Below, piece after piece: positions 19,377 to 29,977 of a stretch of 64,000 nucleotides of DNA. The stretch comes from Geopsychrobacteraceae bacterium. Its GTDB lineage: Bacteria > Desulfobacterota > Desulfuromonadia > Desulfuromonadales > Geopsychrobacteraceae. How positions within the stretch are numbered: position 1 is the stretch's first letter; every line of letters begins with the position of its first letter. The DNA lies in contig CAXXTB010000002.1 in NCBI GenBank assembly GCA_963676795.2, positions 224,001-288,000 of the forward strand, in the 5' to 3' direction. The notes beneath the pieces were generated by a model that searched no databases, was not told the origin of the DNA, and saw only the letters and a list, made by a program, of their open reading frames with translations. Made by a program: the position numbers and the translations under genes.

Positions 19377-20330
19377 TTACACTTTATTCTGAATTAATTC
19401 ACTCAGTTCGGATTGCGCTTTTGCGTGATAAGGGTACAGGTGAATGCAATTCTCCAGGTGCGACTGTTTTCCTTCTATCCTGTAGAGGTGATAATAGGCG
19501 CTTCCCGCCCGCCAATCGTCAGGGCAGTTCGCAATGATTTCTCTTAAAATTCTGACGGAAGTCTCTGGGGCTGTTGCCAGGAGTAACGTTGCTTCGTTAT
19601 AGAGTTTTTCCCAGTTGACTGCCTCTGCCAACGAAGCATAGTTCTTCAGTTCGGGGTTTTCGTAAAGAGAACCTGCTGTGAAGCTTTGCCATTTTTGTTG
19701 GAAAAAGGAGTCGTCGATATTTTGAAGCTTACGGAAATCTTTGTTCGTCGACATATAGTCCCCCTGAATGTGAATGACATCCAGATTCAGAGCGCAGGCA
19801 ACTTTTTCCCCCTGTTTCCAGGCTTGGAGGCAGATGTCGGAGTCATGTTGGTATTTACTGAAGCTCTTGTCGAAAAAAAAACGCTCTGGCTCAGTAACTA
19901 ACATGACAGCGCTGCTCAGTGCCGGAACATAAGCATAAATTCCGTTGTTTGCGACTGTCGAGCGCATCATCGCTGTTGTTGCATTTTTATAGACCAATAT
20001 CCCCCTGTGATTAATCTCTCCGCCTGCAAAAGTGTGTGAGCAGCCGACGATCGAGGCGTTACTGATGCGTGCTGTTTCTATCAGTTTGCTGATCCAGTCT
20101 CTGTCTCCGATAAAAACATCATCATCCAGAAAAATAATAGATTTCGACTCTGCGGTTCTAAGAAAGCTGTCCATAGTCACTGCATGGCGGAAGTCAGCGT
20201 CGTAACAATTGTCGATGACCAACAGTTCTGCCCTGCTAAGATCGGAGTTTTTCAGATGGTTAATGGCTTTTCTGGTTACGGGCCGATTGATGTCGGGGGT
20301 ACACAGAATAATTCGAACATCCTTCATCAT
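19377..20330 (-). CDS. Glycosyltransferase family 2-like protein
   Basis: [28 protein letters not shown] coupling to upstream gene. Confidence 0.7.
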   Translation of the reverse strand: MMKDVRIILCTPDINRPVTRKAINHLKNSDLSRAELLVIDNCYDADFRHAVTMDSFLRTAESKSIIFLDDDVFIGDRDWISKLIETARISNASIVGCSHTFAGGEINHRGILVYKNATTAMMRSTVANNGIYAYVPALSSAVMLVTEPERFFFDKSFSKYQHDSDICLQAWKQGEKVACALNLDVIHIQGDYMSTNKDFRKLQNIDDSFFQQKWQSFTAGSLYENPELKNYASLAEAVNWEKLYNEATLLLATAPETSVRILREIIANCPDDWRAGSAYYHLYRIEGKQSHLENCIHLYPYHAKAQSELSELIQNKV

Positions 20331-21292
20331 TGAGCCTTTAAGGATGAACCGTCGGAGCTCAGCAGTGCAGCAAAGTAAGCTATGGTTTTCTCCAGCCCTT
20401 GTTCCAGGTTGATCGTCGGTTGCCATTCAAGGAGCTTCTCGGCTAAAGCGATGACGGGTTGTCTCTGTTTGGGGTCATCGTTGGGCAAAGGATGAAAAAC
20501 TATCTGCGACTTCGAAGCGGTCATCTCTATGATCTTTTTTGCCAGTTCCAGAATGGTAAATTCAGTTGGGTTGCCCAGATTAACCGGTCCGGTAATATCC
20601 TTGCCGGTCTTCATTAATTTGATGAGACCCTCAATGAGGTCATCGACATAGCAAAAGGAGCGGGTCTGGGTACCGTCGCCGAAGATGGTGATCGGTTCTC
20701 CTTTCAATGCTTGTACGATGAAGTTGCTGACGACCCGGCCATCGTTGGTGTGCATGCGTGGCCCGTAGGTATTAAAGATTCTGGCGACTTTGATTTGCAA
20801 TTTATGCTGTCGGAAATAGTCAAAGAACAGGGTCTCGGCACAGCGTTTTCCTTCGTCATAACAGGCTCTGATGCCGATCGGGTTGACTTGCCCCCAGTAG
20901 CTTTCCGGTTGAGGGTGGATCTCCGGGTCTCCATAGACTTCGCTGGTTGATGCCTGCAGGATCTTGGCCTTAACCCGTTTAGCCAGACCCAGCATATTGA
21001 TTGCACCGTGGACACTTGTCTTGGTTGTCTGCACGGGGTCGAACTGATAGTGGATTGGCGATGCCGGGCAGGCAAGGTTATAGATTTCGTCGACTTCGAT
21101 GTACAGCGGAAAGGTGACATCGTGGCGAAGAAACTCAAAATCGGGGTTTGAAAGTAAATGTGCTATATTTTTTTTACTTCCGGTAAAACAATTATCGGCG
21201 CAGATGACTTCATGTTTTTGTTCGAGAAGCTTTTCGCATAAATGACTCCCCAGGAAACCTGCTCCTCCGGTGATTAAAATCCGTTTTGACAT
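20327..21292 (-). CDS. uxs: UDP-glucuronate decarboxylase (UDP-xylose synthase)
   Basis: [41 protein letters not shown]. Confidence 0.9.
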   Translation of the reverse strand: MSKRILITGGAGFLGSHLCEKLLEQKHEVICADNCFTGSKKNIAHLLSNPDFEFLRHDVTFPLYIEVDEIYNLACPASPIHYQFDPVQTTKTSVHGAINMLGLAKRVKAKILQASTSEVYGDPEIHPQPESYWGQVNPIGIRACYDEGKRCAETLFFDYFRQHKLQIKVARIFNTYGPRMHTNDGRVVSNFIVQALKGEPITIFGDGTQTRSFCYVDDLIEGLIKLMKTGKDITGPVNLGNPTEFTILELAKKIIEMTASKSQIVFHPLPNDDPKQRQPVIALAEKLLEWQPTINLEQGLEKTIAYFAALLSSDGSSLKAQ

Positions 21293-21323
21293 GAATGCAT
21301 CTCATCCTTTCGCAAATAGGGGG

Positions 21324-22373
21324 TCACAGGATATCCTCCTTGCATAGAGGAGTTCCTTTTTTCAGATTCTTACGCGCTCTTTTTCCGAGGACGTTAGTTA
21401 ATTCTGCAGGTGGCAGGCCTGTAGCGGGGCGAATAGACCTGATATTGCCGAGGGTAAGCTCTTCGCCAATTTTGATGTCTTCAACAACAAACAAGGAACG
21501 GCGAAATTTAAGGCTTTCCCGTTCACTCGGGAGGGGGCCATAGTGAACTGTTCCCAGAATCTGTTCGGTGTCGCGAACCGCCTGAACGAGTGTTTTGAAT
21601 TCAGCAGGTTCGAGTGAAAATGCGGCATCAGGGCTAGGGTCTCTGCGGTTCAGAGTCAAATGCTTTTCAATAATGCAGGCCCCGAGGCCGACGGCAAAGA
21701 CTGGGACATCCCAACCGAGAGTGTGATCAGAGAGTCCGATAGGGACCTGGAAACGCTGGGCCATGTCGCAAATGGTTCTCAGGTTCATATCGCTTGCAGG
21801 TGCCGGATAGGCGCTGCAACATTTGAGAAGGGCAATCTGTGTCGCTCCTGCATGTCTGGCAGCGTTCAGTGCTTCTTCGATTTCATCGATAGTCGCCATG
21901 CCAGTCGAGAGAATCAGGGGTTTTCCCGTGGCGGCGACTTTATTTATCAGCGGGATATCGACGATCTCAAAAGAGGCGATCTTGTAGGCCGGAACGTCCA
22001 TCTTTTCAAGAAAGTTGACGGCCGTGTGATCAAATGGTGAAGAGAACAGATCTATACCGATTTCGTCAGCGAATTGTTTCAGTTTCGGTTGCCACTCCCA
22101 GGGGGTATAGGCTTTTTCATAGAGTTGATAGAGCTTTTGTCCAGCCCAGATGGACTCTTCACTGTGGGTAAAGCTGGCACTTGAGACATCAATAGTGAGA
22201 GTATCCGGAGTGTAGGTCTGCAACTTGACAGCATCAGCCCCTGCGTCTCTGGCCGCTTTGACAAGCTCTACCGCAGTGGCGTAGTCCTGTCTGTGGTTGG
22301 CTGAGAGTTCTGCAATGATATAACAGGGGGTGCCTGTTCCGATTTTCCGATTATTGATAGTGATAAATGGCAT
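21324..22373 (-). CDS. pseI: Pseudaminic acid synthase (NeuB family)
   Basis: IIAELSANH, KLQTYTPDT, TPWEW, KIASFE, SDHT, EKHLTL, C-terminal SAF domain (RRSL...IRSIRP). Confidence 0.85.
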   Translation of the reverse strand: MPFITINNRKIGTGTPCYIIAELSANHRQDYATAVELVKAARDAGADAVKLQTYTPDTLTIDVSSASFTHSEESIWAGQKLYQLYEKAYTPWEWQPKLKQFADEIGIDLFSSPFDHTAVNFLEKMDVPAYKIASFEIVDIPLINKVAATGKPLILSTGMATIDEIEEALNAARHAGATQIALLKCCSAYPAPASDMNLRTICDMAQRFQVPIGLSDHTLGWDVPVFAVGLGACIIEKHLTLNRRDPSPDAAFSLEPAEFKTLVQAVRDTEQILGTVHYGPLPSERESLKFRRSLFVVEDIKIGEELTLGNIRSIRPATGLPPAELTNVLGKRARKNLKKGTPLCKEDIL

Positions 22374-22421
22374 AAGACTGCACAATCTCTGTTTTTAATA
22401 ATTAAATTGATTTATACCATT

Positions 22422-23501
22422 TTAAACCAATTGCTGATAATTTTTTTCGCCAAAATCAATGATCTGCAGGCGCTGTCCCGGGTTGAGAGTCAGGTCATTG
22501 TCACATGCCCGTTCAATCAGGGCAGTCAATGAGGTGGCGAAATCGTTATCCTCCCAGGCTAAATATCCGGGCAGATCAAACATCTGGTATACCCCTTGAG
22601 TTTTCGGGGTATTGCTCGGAAATGAGATGCAGGGGACGGCGAGTGACAGTGCCGCAATGCTGTAGTGAAAACGCCCGGAAATCAGGGCCCTTGCACTGGC
22701 GATCATTTGACACCAATTTTCGAAGTCATGAGCTTGGATGATTTCCAGTTTCATGCCGTTGCGTTGCATTTCATCAAGGATCACCTGGTCTTCAGGGGCG
22801 GGATCCGCCTTGGCTCCGGTCAGGAAGGTGAAGGAGAATTTTTTCTGATAGGTCTGCAAGACCTCGCAGATGACAGGAATCTGTCGTGCTTGAAATGAAA
22901 TTCCGCCGGAAAGAACGATCCTATTCTTCTCGATTCCCTGATTGCGCAGATCGAGCAGCCCCATTCTGCCGATAAACAGTGGCAAACTGTCAAATCCCTG
23001 CCTGAACGTTAATTGTGCACGTTCGTAAAAGCTGGCTGAGAGTGGTTCGCGGATGACGGTATCGATGAGCCCGGACAGAGCGGTCTGGTAGAGCAGGTCT
23101 ATGTCGCTATGCTGCATGTCTCCTCCGGGAAAGCATGAGTGATTTACCAGGTATGTCGGCTTGTTCAGGATGCGGCTGGCCAGGAAGATCATGTAGAGTA
23201 AGGAGATCGAACCCTGCGACAGGTGGTGCAGGGTTCCTTCCCCGTTGACGACGACGATATCCGCCTCCTGTAAACTGGCAAAGGTTGCAGGATTGCGTTC
23301 TATGAAGTGACTGACAAATTTGGGATCAATGAATTCCTCGCCGTTTTGGGGATAGCCGTTGAGTCTGTGGGTTACCTTGACGCTCAGGTAGTTGGGACAG
23401 TATCCGTACTCCAGAAGACGATGATAAATCTCGTAAGCGGTGCCGTAGCAACCGTAGTGGTAGGAGTTTCCGGTGAAGTTGAGGATAAGGGCATTTTTCA
23501 T
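22422..23501 (-). CDS. Polysaccharide pyruvyl transferase family protein
   Basis: HYGC, VNGEG, LVNHS, IREPLS, SGRFH; AGGAGG RBS. Confidence 0.7.
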   Translation of the reverse strand: MKNALILNFTGNSYHYGCYGTAYEIYHRLLEYGYCPNYLSVKVTHRLNGYPQNGEEFIDPKFVSHFIERNPATFASLQEADIVVVNGEGTLHHLSQGSISLLYMIFLASRILNKPTYLVNHSCFPGGDMQHSDIDLLYQTALSGLIDTVIREPLSASFYERAQLTFRQGFDSLPLFIGRMGLLDLRNQGIEKNRIVLSGGISFQARQIPVICEVLQTYQKKFSFTFLTGAKADPAPEDQVILDEMQRNGMKLEIIQAHDFENWCQMIASARALISGRFHYSIAALSLAVPCISFPSNTPKTQGVYQMFDLPGYLAWEDNDFATSLTALIERACDNDLTLNPGQRLQIIDFGEKNYQQLV

Positions 23502-23539
23502 GGTTGTTCCAACCTCCTGAAGAGTTTGACCGGTAGCAC

Positions 23540-23803
23540 TCACTGTTTGATCAAGGGGGAAAGCTTATATTCCATAAGATCGGCAGCCCAGGAAAAATCT
23601 TTACGTGCGACTGCCGCAAGAATTTCTTCCAGAAGCGGTGCCATCTGCAGCATCGCCTCCATCTCCAGCTGTGTCAAAAGCTTGCTTAGACTGTCGATCA
23701 GGAGCGTCAGGTTTTCATGAGCTGTGCCTTCCTGGCCACAGCGGAATGCCGAAACTGTCAGGTCGAGATGGTTTTCCAATGTCTTATTGTTTGGCTGGAT
23801 CAC
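23540..23803 (-). CDS. Small helical protein typical of flagellar glycosylation loci
   Basis: GTGA coupling to maf, GGAGG RBS, C-terminal D...ADL.EY.L.P pattern. Confidence 0.6.
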   Translation of the reverse strand: MIQPNNKTLENHLDLTVSAFRCGQEGTAHENLTLLIDSLSKLLTQLEMEAMLQMAPLLEEILAAVARKDFSWAADLMEYKLSPLIKQ

Positions 23804-25074
23804 TGTGCTTCCTCCAGGTAATGCGTTCCTCGGATGTAGGCGCCGTCGCGGCAGCAATTGATGAATCTGACCTGAGGATGTCGTTCAATATAGGCTTCCA
23901 GATCTCTCAGGTAGCCGCGAAAACTGGCAGTTGTGGAGACCTTTTCACCATGACCGTTGAGAACCCAATGGCTTTTGGCCTGCGCTGTCTGTTCTCCCCA
24001 ACCGGCTCCCTGTGTGTAGCGCTGTTCGTTTGGAAAGGCGAGATCGGCTCCAAACAGGAGAACTTCGGTTGCCCCCATCCGCACAGCCAGATCGACGGCC
24101 GGATGCAGTACCGATCCTGAAGAAAAAAGGGTTCCGCGTGGATATTTATGGGCAATATCAGCGTAGCTGGGGTGCTTTGCATAGGCAGTCAAGCGCGGTC
24201 CTGGCCATAATCGCAGGACGGAGGGGCTGACGCGCGGAAAATAGATCATGGGAACCTTGCTGTAGGGGGCCAGGGAATAGCCCTCGAAGCTGGAAATGAT
24301 TTTTTCTTCAGGGTCGATGGTCATCGCTATATCCGCGGTCAGATCAGCTGCAGAAAGTGGTCTGAGAGCTGAGTTGACGGCAAGCAGGGTGACATCTGAA
24401 CGATGTTCTCGCAACCAGTCGATATGCTTGCCCAGAGATGGGCCGGCGGCAGCTACAACAATGCGCTGGCCAGGTTGACTGTCAAACAGGCTGGCGACGT
24501 CTCCGTCAACTTTTATCAGCTCTTCATTACGTTTGATCTGTTTTATGACTTCCGGATTGGCCGCACCATGTTTGCTGCTGATGTAGGCCGTTTCAAGCTC
24601 GGTCGCGACGAGATCTCGCAGGCGGGAAGAGGATTCATCGGCGAGCTGCAATTCGGCGGGAATTGCTGCCAGAGGACCGCCAAAATTAGTGTCTGCTCCG
24701 TCAAGCAGGGTCACGCGTGAATCGTTGAGCCAGAAGCTGTGATCAAAACGGCTCAGGCTGGCCAGGGCGATCCGTGGATTCAGAATGACAATCTTGATCT
24801 TTTTCAATGTCTTCCGGGTACATAATTCTTTTGCCAAATGGCCGGTGCCGATTCCGTAAGACCAGGCAATTTGACTCTCCACGGGGATCTGACTCGCTTG
24901 AAGCCTGGCTTCAGCGTCCGGATCATAAGAGCTGCCGAGGTGGATGTTGTCAATAATCAGGGTAGTAAATGGTGTTTCTTTTCGTGTCTGAAATGACGCG
25001 GGTTGGTATTGTCCTAACCATTCAGCCAAATCAGGCCAGCGTCTTTGTATGATGGACAAGTTGGAGCTCAACAT
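23800..25074 (-). CDS. Motility-associated factor (Maf) flagellin nonulosonate transferase
   Basis: LGSSYDP..EA, AAGPSL, SGSVLH.A..LA..MG, LFGADL. Confidence 0.85.
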   Translation of the reverse strand: MLSSNLSIIQRRWPDLAEWLGQYQPASFQTRKETPFTTLIIDNIHLGSSYDPDAEARLQASQIPVESQIAWSYGIGTGHLAKELCTRKTLKKIKIVILNPRIALASLSRFDHSFWLNDSRVTLLDGADTNFGGPLAAIPAELQLADESSSRLRDLVATELETAYISSKHGAANPEVIKQIKRNEELIKVDGDVASLFDSQPGQRIVVAAAGPSLGKHIDWLREHRSDVTLLAVNSALRPLSAADLTADIAMTIDPEEKIISSFEGYSLAPYSKVPMIYFPRVSPSVLRLWPGPRLTAYAKHPSYADIAHKYPRGTLFSSGSVLHPAVDLAVRMGATEVLLFGADLAFPNEQRYTQGAGWGEQTAQAKSHWVLNGHGEKVSTTASFRGYLRDLEAYIERHPQVRFINCCRDGAYIRGTHYLEEAQ

Positions 25075-25204
25075 AAGTTCCCTTTTAAAATAATGGAGTC
25101 GGCAGTTATAGCGATAAGCTTGGTAACGATGTTGGCCAGGTGTTGGAAACCCATGTGGCGCTCGTCAGGGATTAGCTGATCGATTGTTGCTGTCGTGGAG
25201 TCAT

Positions 25205-25918
25205 TCATCCCGCCTCCTCCAGATATATATATATGGCGGCATAGGATGTCAGCTGTTCAAAATTGTCCACGGGAATGTTAATGGAAAAAACTGATTCCAG
25301 GGCCATGATCAACTGGATATGCGCCAGGGAATCCCAGCCCTCGGTTTTCTCCATTGTGGCTTTTGAAAAAGACGAGGGATCGAGTGTCGGAAAAATCTGA
25401 GCGAATACCTGCTGTAATTTTTTTTCAATATCATTTTGAGGAGACAGCAGCTGATCTTGGATTTCTGCAGGGGGATGCGGCCAGCTCTTACCTTCGGGAA
25501 AGGCTTGAACCAGTTCGAAAATACCGTGCGTATTGTGGAAAAGGAAAGCCACCTTTCTGCCATCGAATGCTACATCTGCTGTGGGCGGAGCAACCAGTCT
25601 CGCACCGTGCCTTTCAGCCAAGTCAATAGATTCAATAATGTCGGCAACTGCATAGCAGAAGTGATAAGGTCCACCACCATTCTCCAGGTGTTTGTCAATG
25701 GGGGATTTATCATCGGCTGCTAGGATTTCGACAGTGTATCCTCCGGGTAATTGAACAAAGGCGTAAGAGACTCGTTGTTTTGTATTGACCCCAGGCCCCT
25801 TGAGTAGCTTTGCTCCAGCCAGAGAAAGGTAATCTTGCAAGGTCGCTTCCAGATCGGATGTAGTTACTGCCAGATGATCAACATAGAGTACTTTACACGT
25901 TGAAAATAAACCGTCCAT
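25205..25918 (-). CDS. VOC (methylmalonyl-CoA epimerase-like) domain fused to acyl carrier protein
   Basis: DHLAV, VEIL, GGPYHFCYAV, VAFLF, FELVQ; C-terminal GWDSLAHIQLIMALE phosphopantetheine motif. Confidence 0.85.
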   Translation of the reverse strand: MDGLFSTCKVLYVDHLAVTTSDLEATLQDYLSLAGAKLLKGPGVNTKQRVSYAFVQLPGGYTVEILAADDKSPIDKHLENGGGPYHFCYAVADIIESIDLAERHGARLVAPPTADVAFDGRKVAFLFHNTHGIFELVQAFPEGKSWPHPPAEIQDQLLSPQNDIEKKLQQVFAQIFPTLDPSSFSKATMEKTEGWDSLAHIQLIMALESVFSINIPVDNFEQLTSYAAIYIYLEEAG

Positions 25919-28164
25919 CAGGATGCCTCATCGCTGTATTGAAACCAGTCCGGCTTAGAGACTGGTGAAGTGTTCAAGTTAAGTCGGAATCGGGATGATT
26001 CTTCTTGAAAAAAACCATGCGCACCGTAGACATCGGCGGCCGGCAGGTTTCTTTCTGTTGAAAAAAACAGTCCTTCTAACTGGCTAACTCCCTTTTGCAA
26101 CAGGTGTTCACAGACCCAGGCAAGGATGCCGGTCTCTACGCTACGTCCCAACACTCGGCACGAAAGGAGAAATGTCTCAATAACTACCGTATTGGCTGTA
26201 TGTTCCGGAACCAGGATAATCAGTCCGATGATTTCCTCATCGCTATATTTATCCGTCAGCCCGATGGGAATGATTTCCGCTCTTTGATCAAGAAGACGTT
26301 CCAGATCTTGCTCGTTGTGTCTTCTTGTTGTCATGTTGAATTGATTGGTTTTCGCGAGCAATTGTAAAACCCGCTGCCTGTTGTTTTTAGCGTAACGATG
26401 AAAAGACAGTTTCATGTCAAGATTACGCCAGTAGTCCTGCTTGTTTGTGAAAGATGACGCTTCCGCTTTAACCTGAGAGCGTATTTCATAACTTCTGACT
26501 CGTTTCAGATCTTCCGCTGTAGGGCGGAGCATGGCCAGATAGGGACTGGAGAGAATAAAAGCAGGCCAGAGGGTCATATCATCCGGCAATTCCGGAACTA
26601 TAACCTCGGGTAGCAGTTGGCGAATGGCTTCACGCTCATATGGACTATCGTCCAGGAAGCACAGTGAGGATAGACTTACACCGATTTCATCTGCAATTTC
26701 TCGAAGGTTTTCCGCCTTGTCTCGCCAATTGATGCGCAGACTAACAAAATCAGTCAGTTTTAGTTTCATTGCCGGGTGTTTGGCAAAAACATCACGGACC
26801 ACCGTTTCGGTATTTTTACTGCAGATAGCGAGAGCTAATCCCCTGTCACGAAATTGCCTGAGGAGTAGTTGGAACTCAGCAAAAATATTGCCGGGGAAGT
26901 CACCACCGATCTTGATGCCTTCGAGACCATCGTCACCGACCACGCCTCCCCAGAGGGTGTTGTCCAGATCGGTAACCAGTACCCGGGCGGTTCGGCCGGT
27001 CAGGGCAAGGTGAAATTTTATAAGCTCCTGGCAGAGTTCATTGGTTAGGGGAACGCTGAAAGGAATGCGGCCGAGAAACCAGTATTTGCCCGGATCGGCA
27101 GCTTCTGTCCCAAGCCTATGGACAAGTGTCGAAAGTCTGATTAAAGAACAGTCTGGAATCTTTTGGCAAAATTTCTCAAGCCTGACATTCAACTGTTCAA
27201 TAAGTGCAAGAATGGATTTTCCGTCATAGCTGGTATCCTCCAGAGCAGAGAGAATGGGGCGAACAGGCGCAAAATCCAGAATAAAAAATATGCCGGGCAG
27301 GCGGGACCTGGCCTGCTCAATGAATTGGCAGTATTCCTCAAAATGCTGTTCCAGTTCGCAGGCAGAGTCCTTACTGACAGGGGGGACGCAAAGGTCTTCA
27401 ACGCGTTCGCAAAAGACCGTGTAGTCCGGTTCCCTGGCAATCAGGCTGTCCTGCTCATCGAAAATCTGTTGCCGGTGCTGACCAAAAGGAATCGGCAGGA
27501 TCTGGATGGTTTCGCTGCTTAGCTTTTCATAGCTTTGCACTAAGGCTTTGCCGGCGAGATCCCAGTTCGCACTTCCCAGAAAGGCAAACTTTATGACCGG
27601 GCGGTAAGTTTTTTCATTGGTGGGGGGGGTTCTCTCCATTCTTGATGTGCTTTTATTCAGCTGCATAACGACGACTTCTCGGGAATTTTTGTCCATAATC
27701 CGATCGATCTCCTGAAAGCCGAACTTGCTGTGCAGTTGATGAACAGCATGGTTCGATGCGAAGGTTTCGCACTGCAGACTTTGCATGCCGAGATGGTTGA
27801 AGACATAATTGACCACCGCCTGTTCCAGCGTTAGCCAAAGTTTCAGCCGTTCGGCATTGTCGCAGATTTGTTCATTGTCGAGATAAAAGCCCCAGTGGCA
27901 ACTTTTATTGGCAAGATCAATGTCGAACAGGTTGACAACCCCCCTCGGGTGCTGATGATCCATAAACAGTAGCACTTGGCGGGTTGGGTCGTTCTGAACT
28001 TTTTTCCACCAGGCATAATGTTCTTCCTCGGAAATCTCATGGTTTGAGAACATGACTTCTCGTACCTGCGTATGGTTCCGCCAGCGAAGAATCATTGGCA
28101 TTTCCGTATCGATTGGGGGTCTTAACGTTGAAGCTTTTGCGGGAATCCCTGTTTGAATGGTCAT
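25918..28164 (-). CDS. PseH-like GNAT N-acyltransferase fused to FkbH-like (HAD-IIIC) ACP-loading domain
   Basis: ILRWRN..VR..M, EH..W, WGFY, KFGF; then DLDNTLWGG, CSKN, FLDDS..ER, KTNQFN, LSCRVLGR. Confidence 0.85.
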   Translation of the reverse strand: MTIQTGIPAKASTLRPPIDTEMPMILRWRNHTQVREVMFSNHEISEEEHYAWWKKVQNDPTRQVLLFMDHQHPRGVVNLFDIDLANKSCHWGFYLDNEQICDNAERLKLWLTLEQAVVNYVFNHLGMQSLQCETFASNHAVHQLHSKFGFQEIDRIMDKNSREVVVMQLNKSTSRMERTPPTNEKTYRPVIKFAFLGSANWDLAGKALVQSYEKLSSETIQILPIPFGQHRQQIFDEQDSLIAREPDYTVFCERVEDLCVPPVSKDSACELEQHFEEYCQFIEQARSRLPGIFFILDFAPVRPILSALEDTSYDGKSILALIEQLNVRLEKFCQKIPDCSLIRLSTLVHRLGTEAADPGKYWFLGRIPFSVPLTNELCQELIKFHLALTGRTARVLVTDLDNTLWGGVVGDDGLEGIKIGGDFPGNIFAEFQLLLRQFRDRGLALAICSKNTETVVRDVFAKHPAMKLKLTDFVSLRINWRDKAENLREIADEIGVSLSSLCFLDDSPYEREAIRQLLPEVIVPELPDDMTLWPAFILSSPYLAMLRPTAEDLKRVRSYEIRSQVKAEASSFTNKQDYWRNLDMKLSFHRYAKNNRQRVLQLLAKTNQFNMTTRRHNEQDLERLLDQRAEIIPIGLTDKYSDEEIIGLIILVPEHTANTVVIETFLLSCRVLGRSVETGILAWVCEHLLQKGVSQLEGLFFSTERNLPAADVYGAHGFFQEESSRFRLNLNTSPVSKPDWFQYSDEAS

Positions 28165-28169
28165 TGCTA

Positions 28170-29894
28170 TCACCGCAAACCGGGCAGGCATGAGATCTGC
28201 TCAACCAGCCAGGCACTGTTGTCGTGTACTTCAGGCAGTATTATGTCTGTTTCTTTCAATAGGGGCAAAATGGTGGTGGATAAACCTGACGAATTTTGGA
28301 GCATGGCCGGTGATAGGTTCAACATGTTGAAAAAATCCAGTGCATCGCACCTGTTGACTTTCGAGTGGGGCCAGATAACAGGCATGGCCTTCAGGGCTAT
28401 CGCTTCGTAACTGCTGATGCCGAAGCCACTCAGGTAGAGTTTTGTCCTTGCCATGTAAACTGGTAATTTTTCGCAGTGAGAATGCAGGACAATCCCTTGG
28501 AGTCCATGTTTGTCAATAAATGATTCCACGTCTCGACGTGCCTGTGGGTTATGCAGATAGGCTACCAGGTCCAGGTCCTTGACAACTGGATGTTGCTTGG
28601 TGACTTCACGACGCAGAATCAAGCTATTCATACCATGGAGCAGGTGTAATTTCCCTTCTTGTGCCAATGTCAGCATTCTTTCGGGAATGTGATAAGTCCC
28701 TGGCATGATGAGTAGGTCGGCCATTTCAGTCCAGGGAAGGGTATTGCCTATAGCAATGACGCTGAGCTCTTCGGGAAGCTGATTCCGCCATTTAACATCG
28801 GCACCGCGCTGGTCGTAGATATCCAGAACCAGCAGGTTAGAGTCTGAGAGTAGCTTTTGGAATGTTTGCTGATCGTTTTGTTTTTCTCCACGCGTGGGGC
28901 GATGAAACGCAGCCCAAACGGTTTTTTCGCCTTCTCGATTCAGGATCTGTATAGCCTCGTTATCATCGACGGCGAAAACCGTTGACCAACCTTTTCTTTC
29001 GGTCATCTGCCGGGCAAGTTCAAGACATCGCCTCACGTGGCCATAGCCGTATTGGACTCCGGCATCAACGACAAAAAGAACCTTAAGATTATCATCAATC
29101 AATCTCCTTTGATGGACGTGTTCGTTGATTTTGAAGAGTTGTGGTTCTTTTTTTAGGAGTTGCAGAACCTCCGGGAGTTGAAAGTTCTGATTATTTTCAA
29201 CTAATCGGTCGTACAACGTATTCATGAATTCCAGATCGGCCCAGGTGTCCACCGAAAAGCGATGTTTGCGGGTATGAAGATTCTCCGGCAAGGAGACATT
29301 GTGACGGATGAAAAGTTCCGGTCTTTGCCAGAAAAGAGGGAACTGGTGTTCTTTCAGCTCGGGCCGGTCAGCCAAGTCATCTGCTGTTTGCCATGCATGA
29401 AGTCTGGATATGAGAACGCCTTCCAAGGCTGGATGCTTTTCAATATGATTATCGGTTGATATTACAAGTATGTCTGCCTTGGGCTCTTTGCGGAATTCTT
29501 TAATAAGGAGATCAATGGTTGGTCCATGTACCAGAGGACAATCTCCGCTGATCAGCAGACAGATATCTGCCTGATACAACTCTGCCGCCAAGCGCAGACG
29601 AGTGGTCACATGATCAATATGGCCTTCATACCAGAATAGCGGGAGATCGTGTTGCTGGCAGAATGCCTTTAGTGGCTCATTGGCGGCTTCTGCGGCTGTT
29701 GCGATGACGATCTCGTCGAGCTGTTCGCTCTTTTTCAGATTGTCTATCAACCATTCAAGAACTGTCCGATCGCCGATCTTTCGAAAGTGCTTTTCAGGTA
29801 ATCTGGACGAGGAGAGGCGTACGGGAATAAAGGCAACCGCACGCTCACATGTGTTCTGAGATGGATTCTGTGTTTGATTCTGGTCACTTGTCAT
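28170..29894 (-). CDS. SpsF/PseF-like cytidylyltransferase fused to PseG-like UDP-sugar hydrolase
   Basis: VRLSSSRLPEK, SGDCPL, RFSVDT..DL; then VDAG...GYGHVRRCLELA. Confidence 0.8.
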   Translation of the reverse strand: MTSDQNQTQNPSQNTCERAVAFIPVRLSSSRLPEKHFRKIGDRTVLEWLIDNLKKSEQLDEIVIATAAEAANEPLKAFCQQHDLPLFWYEGHIDHVTTRLRLAAELYQADICLLISGDCPLVHGPTIDLLIKEFRKEPKADILVISTDNHIEKHPALEGVLISRLHAWQTADDLADRPELKEHQFPLFWQRPELFIRHNVSLPENLHTRKHRFSVDTWADLEFMNTLYDRLVENNQNFQLPEVLQLLKKEPQLFKINEHVHQRRLIDDNLKVLFVVDAGVQYGYGHVRRCLELARQMTERKGWSTVFAVDDNEAIQILNREGEKTVWAAFHRPTRGEKQNDQQTFQKLLSDSNLLVLDIYDQRGADVKWRNQLPEELSVIAIGNTLPWTEMADLLIMPGTYHIPERMLTLAQEGKLHLLHGMNSLILRREVTKQHPVVKDLDLVAYLHNPQARRDVESFIDKHGLQGIVLHSHCEKLPVYMARTKLYLSGFGISSYEAIALKAMPVIWPHSKVNRCDALDFFNMLNLSPAMLQNSSGLSTTILPLLKETDIILPEVHDNSAWLVEQISCLPGLR

Positions 29895-29977
29895 TCGTAA
29901 ACCGGCGGCTGGCCTGTGATTTTGAAATTTATATATGTTATGCCAGAAAAATTTGTAGATAACATAAGACCTTTTAT

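Noticed and set aside
3650..19885. A/T homopolymers of 8-9 nt in island genes as phase-variation switches
   Set aside because: Expected in AT-rich DNA, and the genes containing them are in frame
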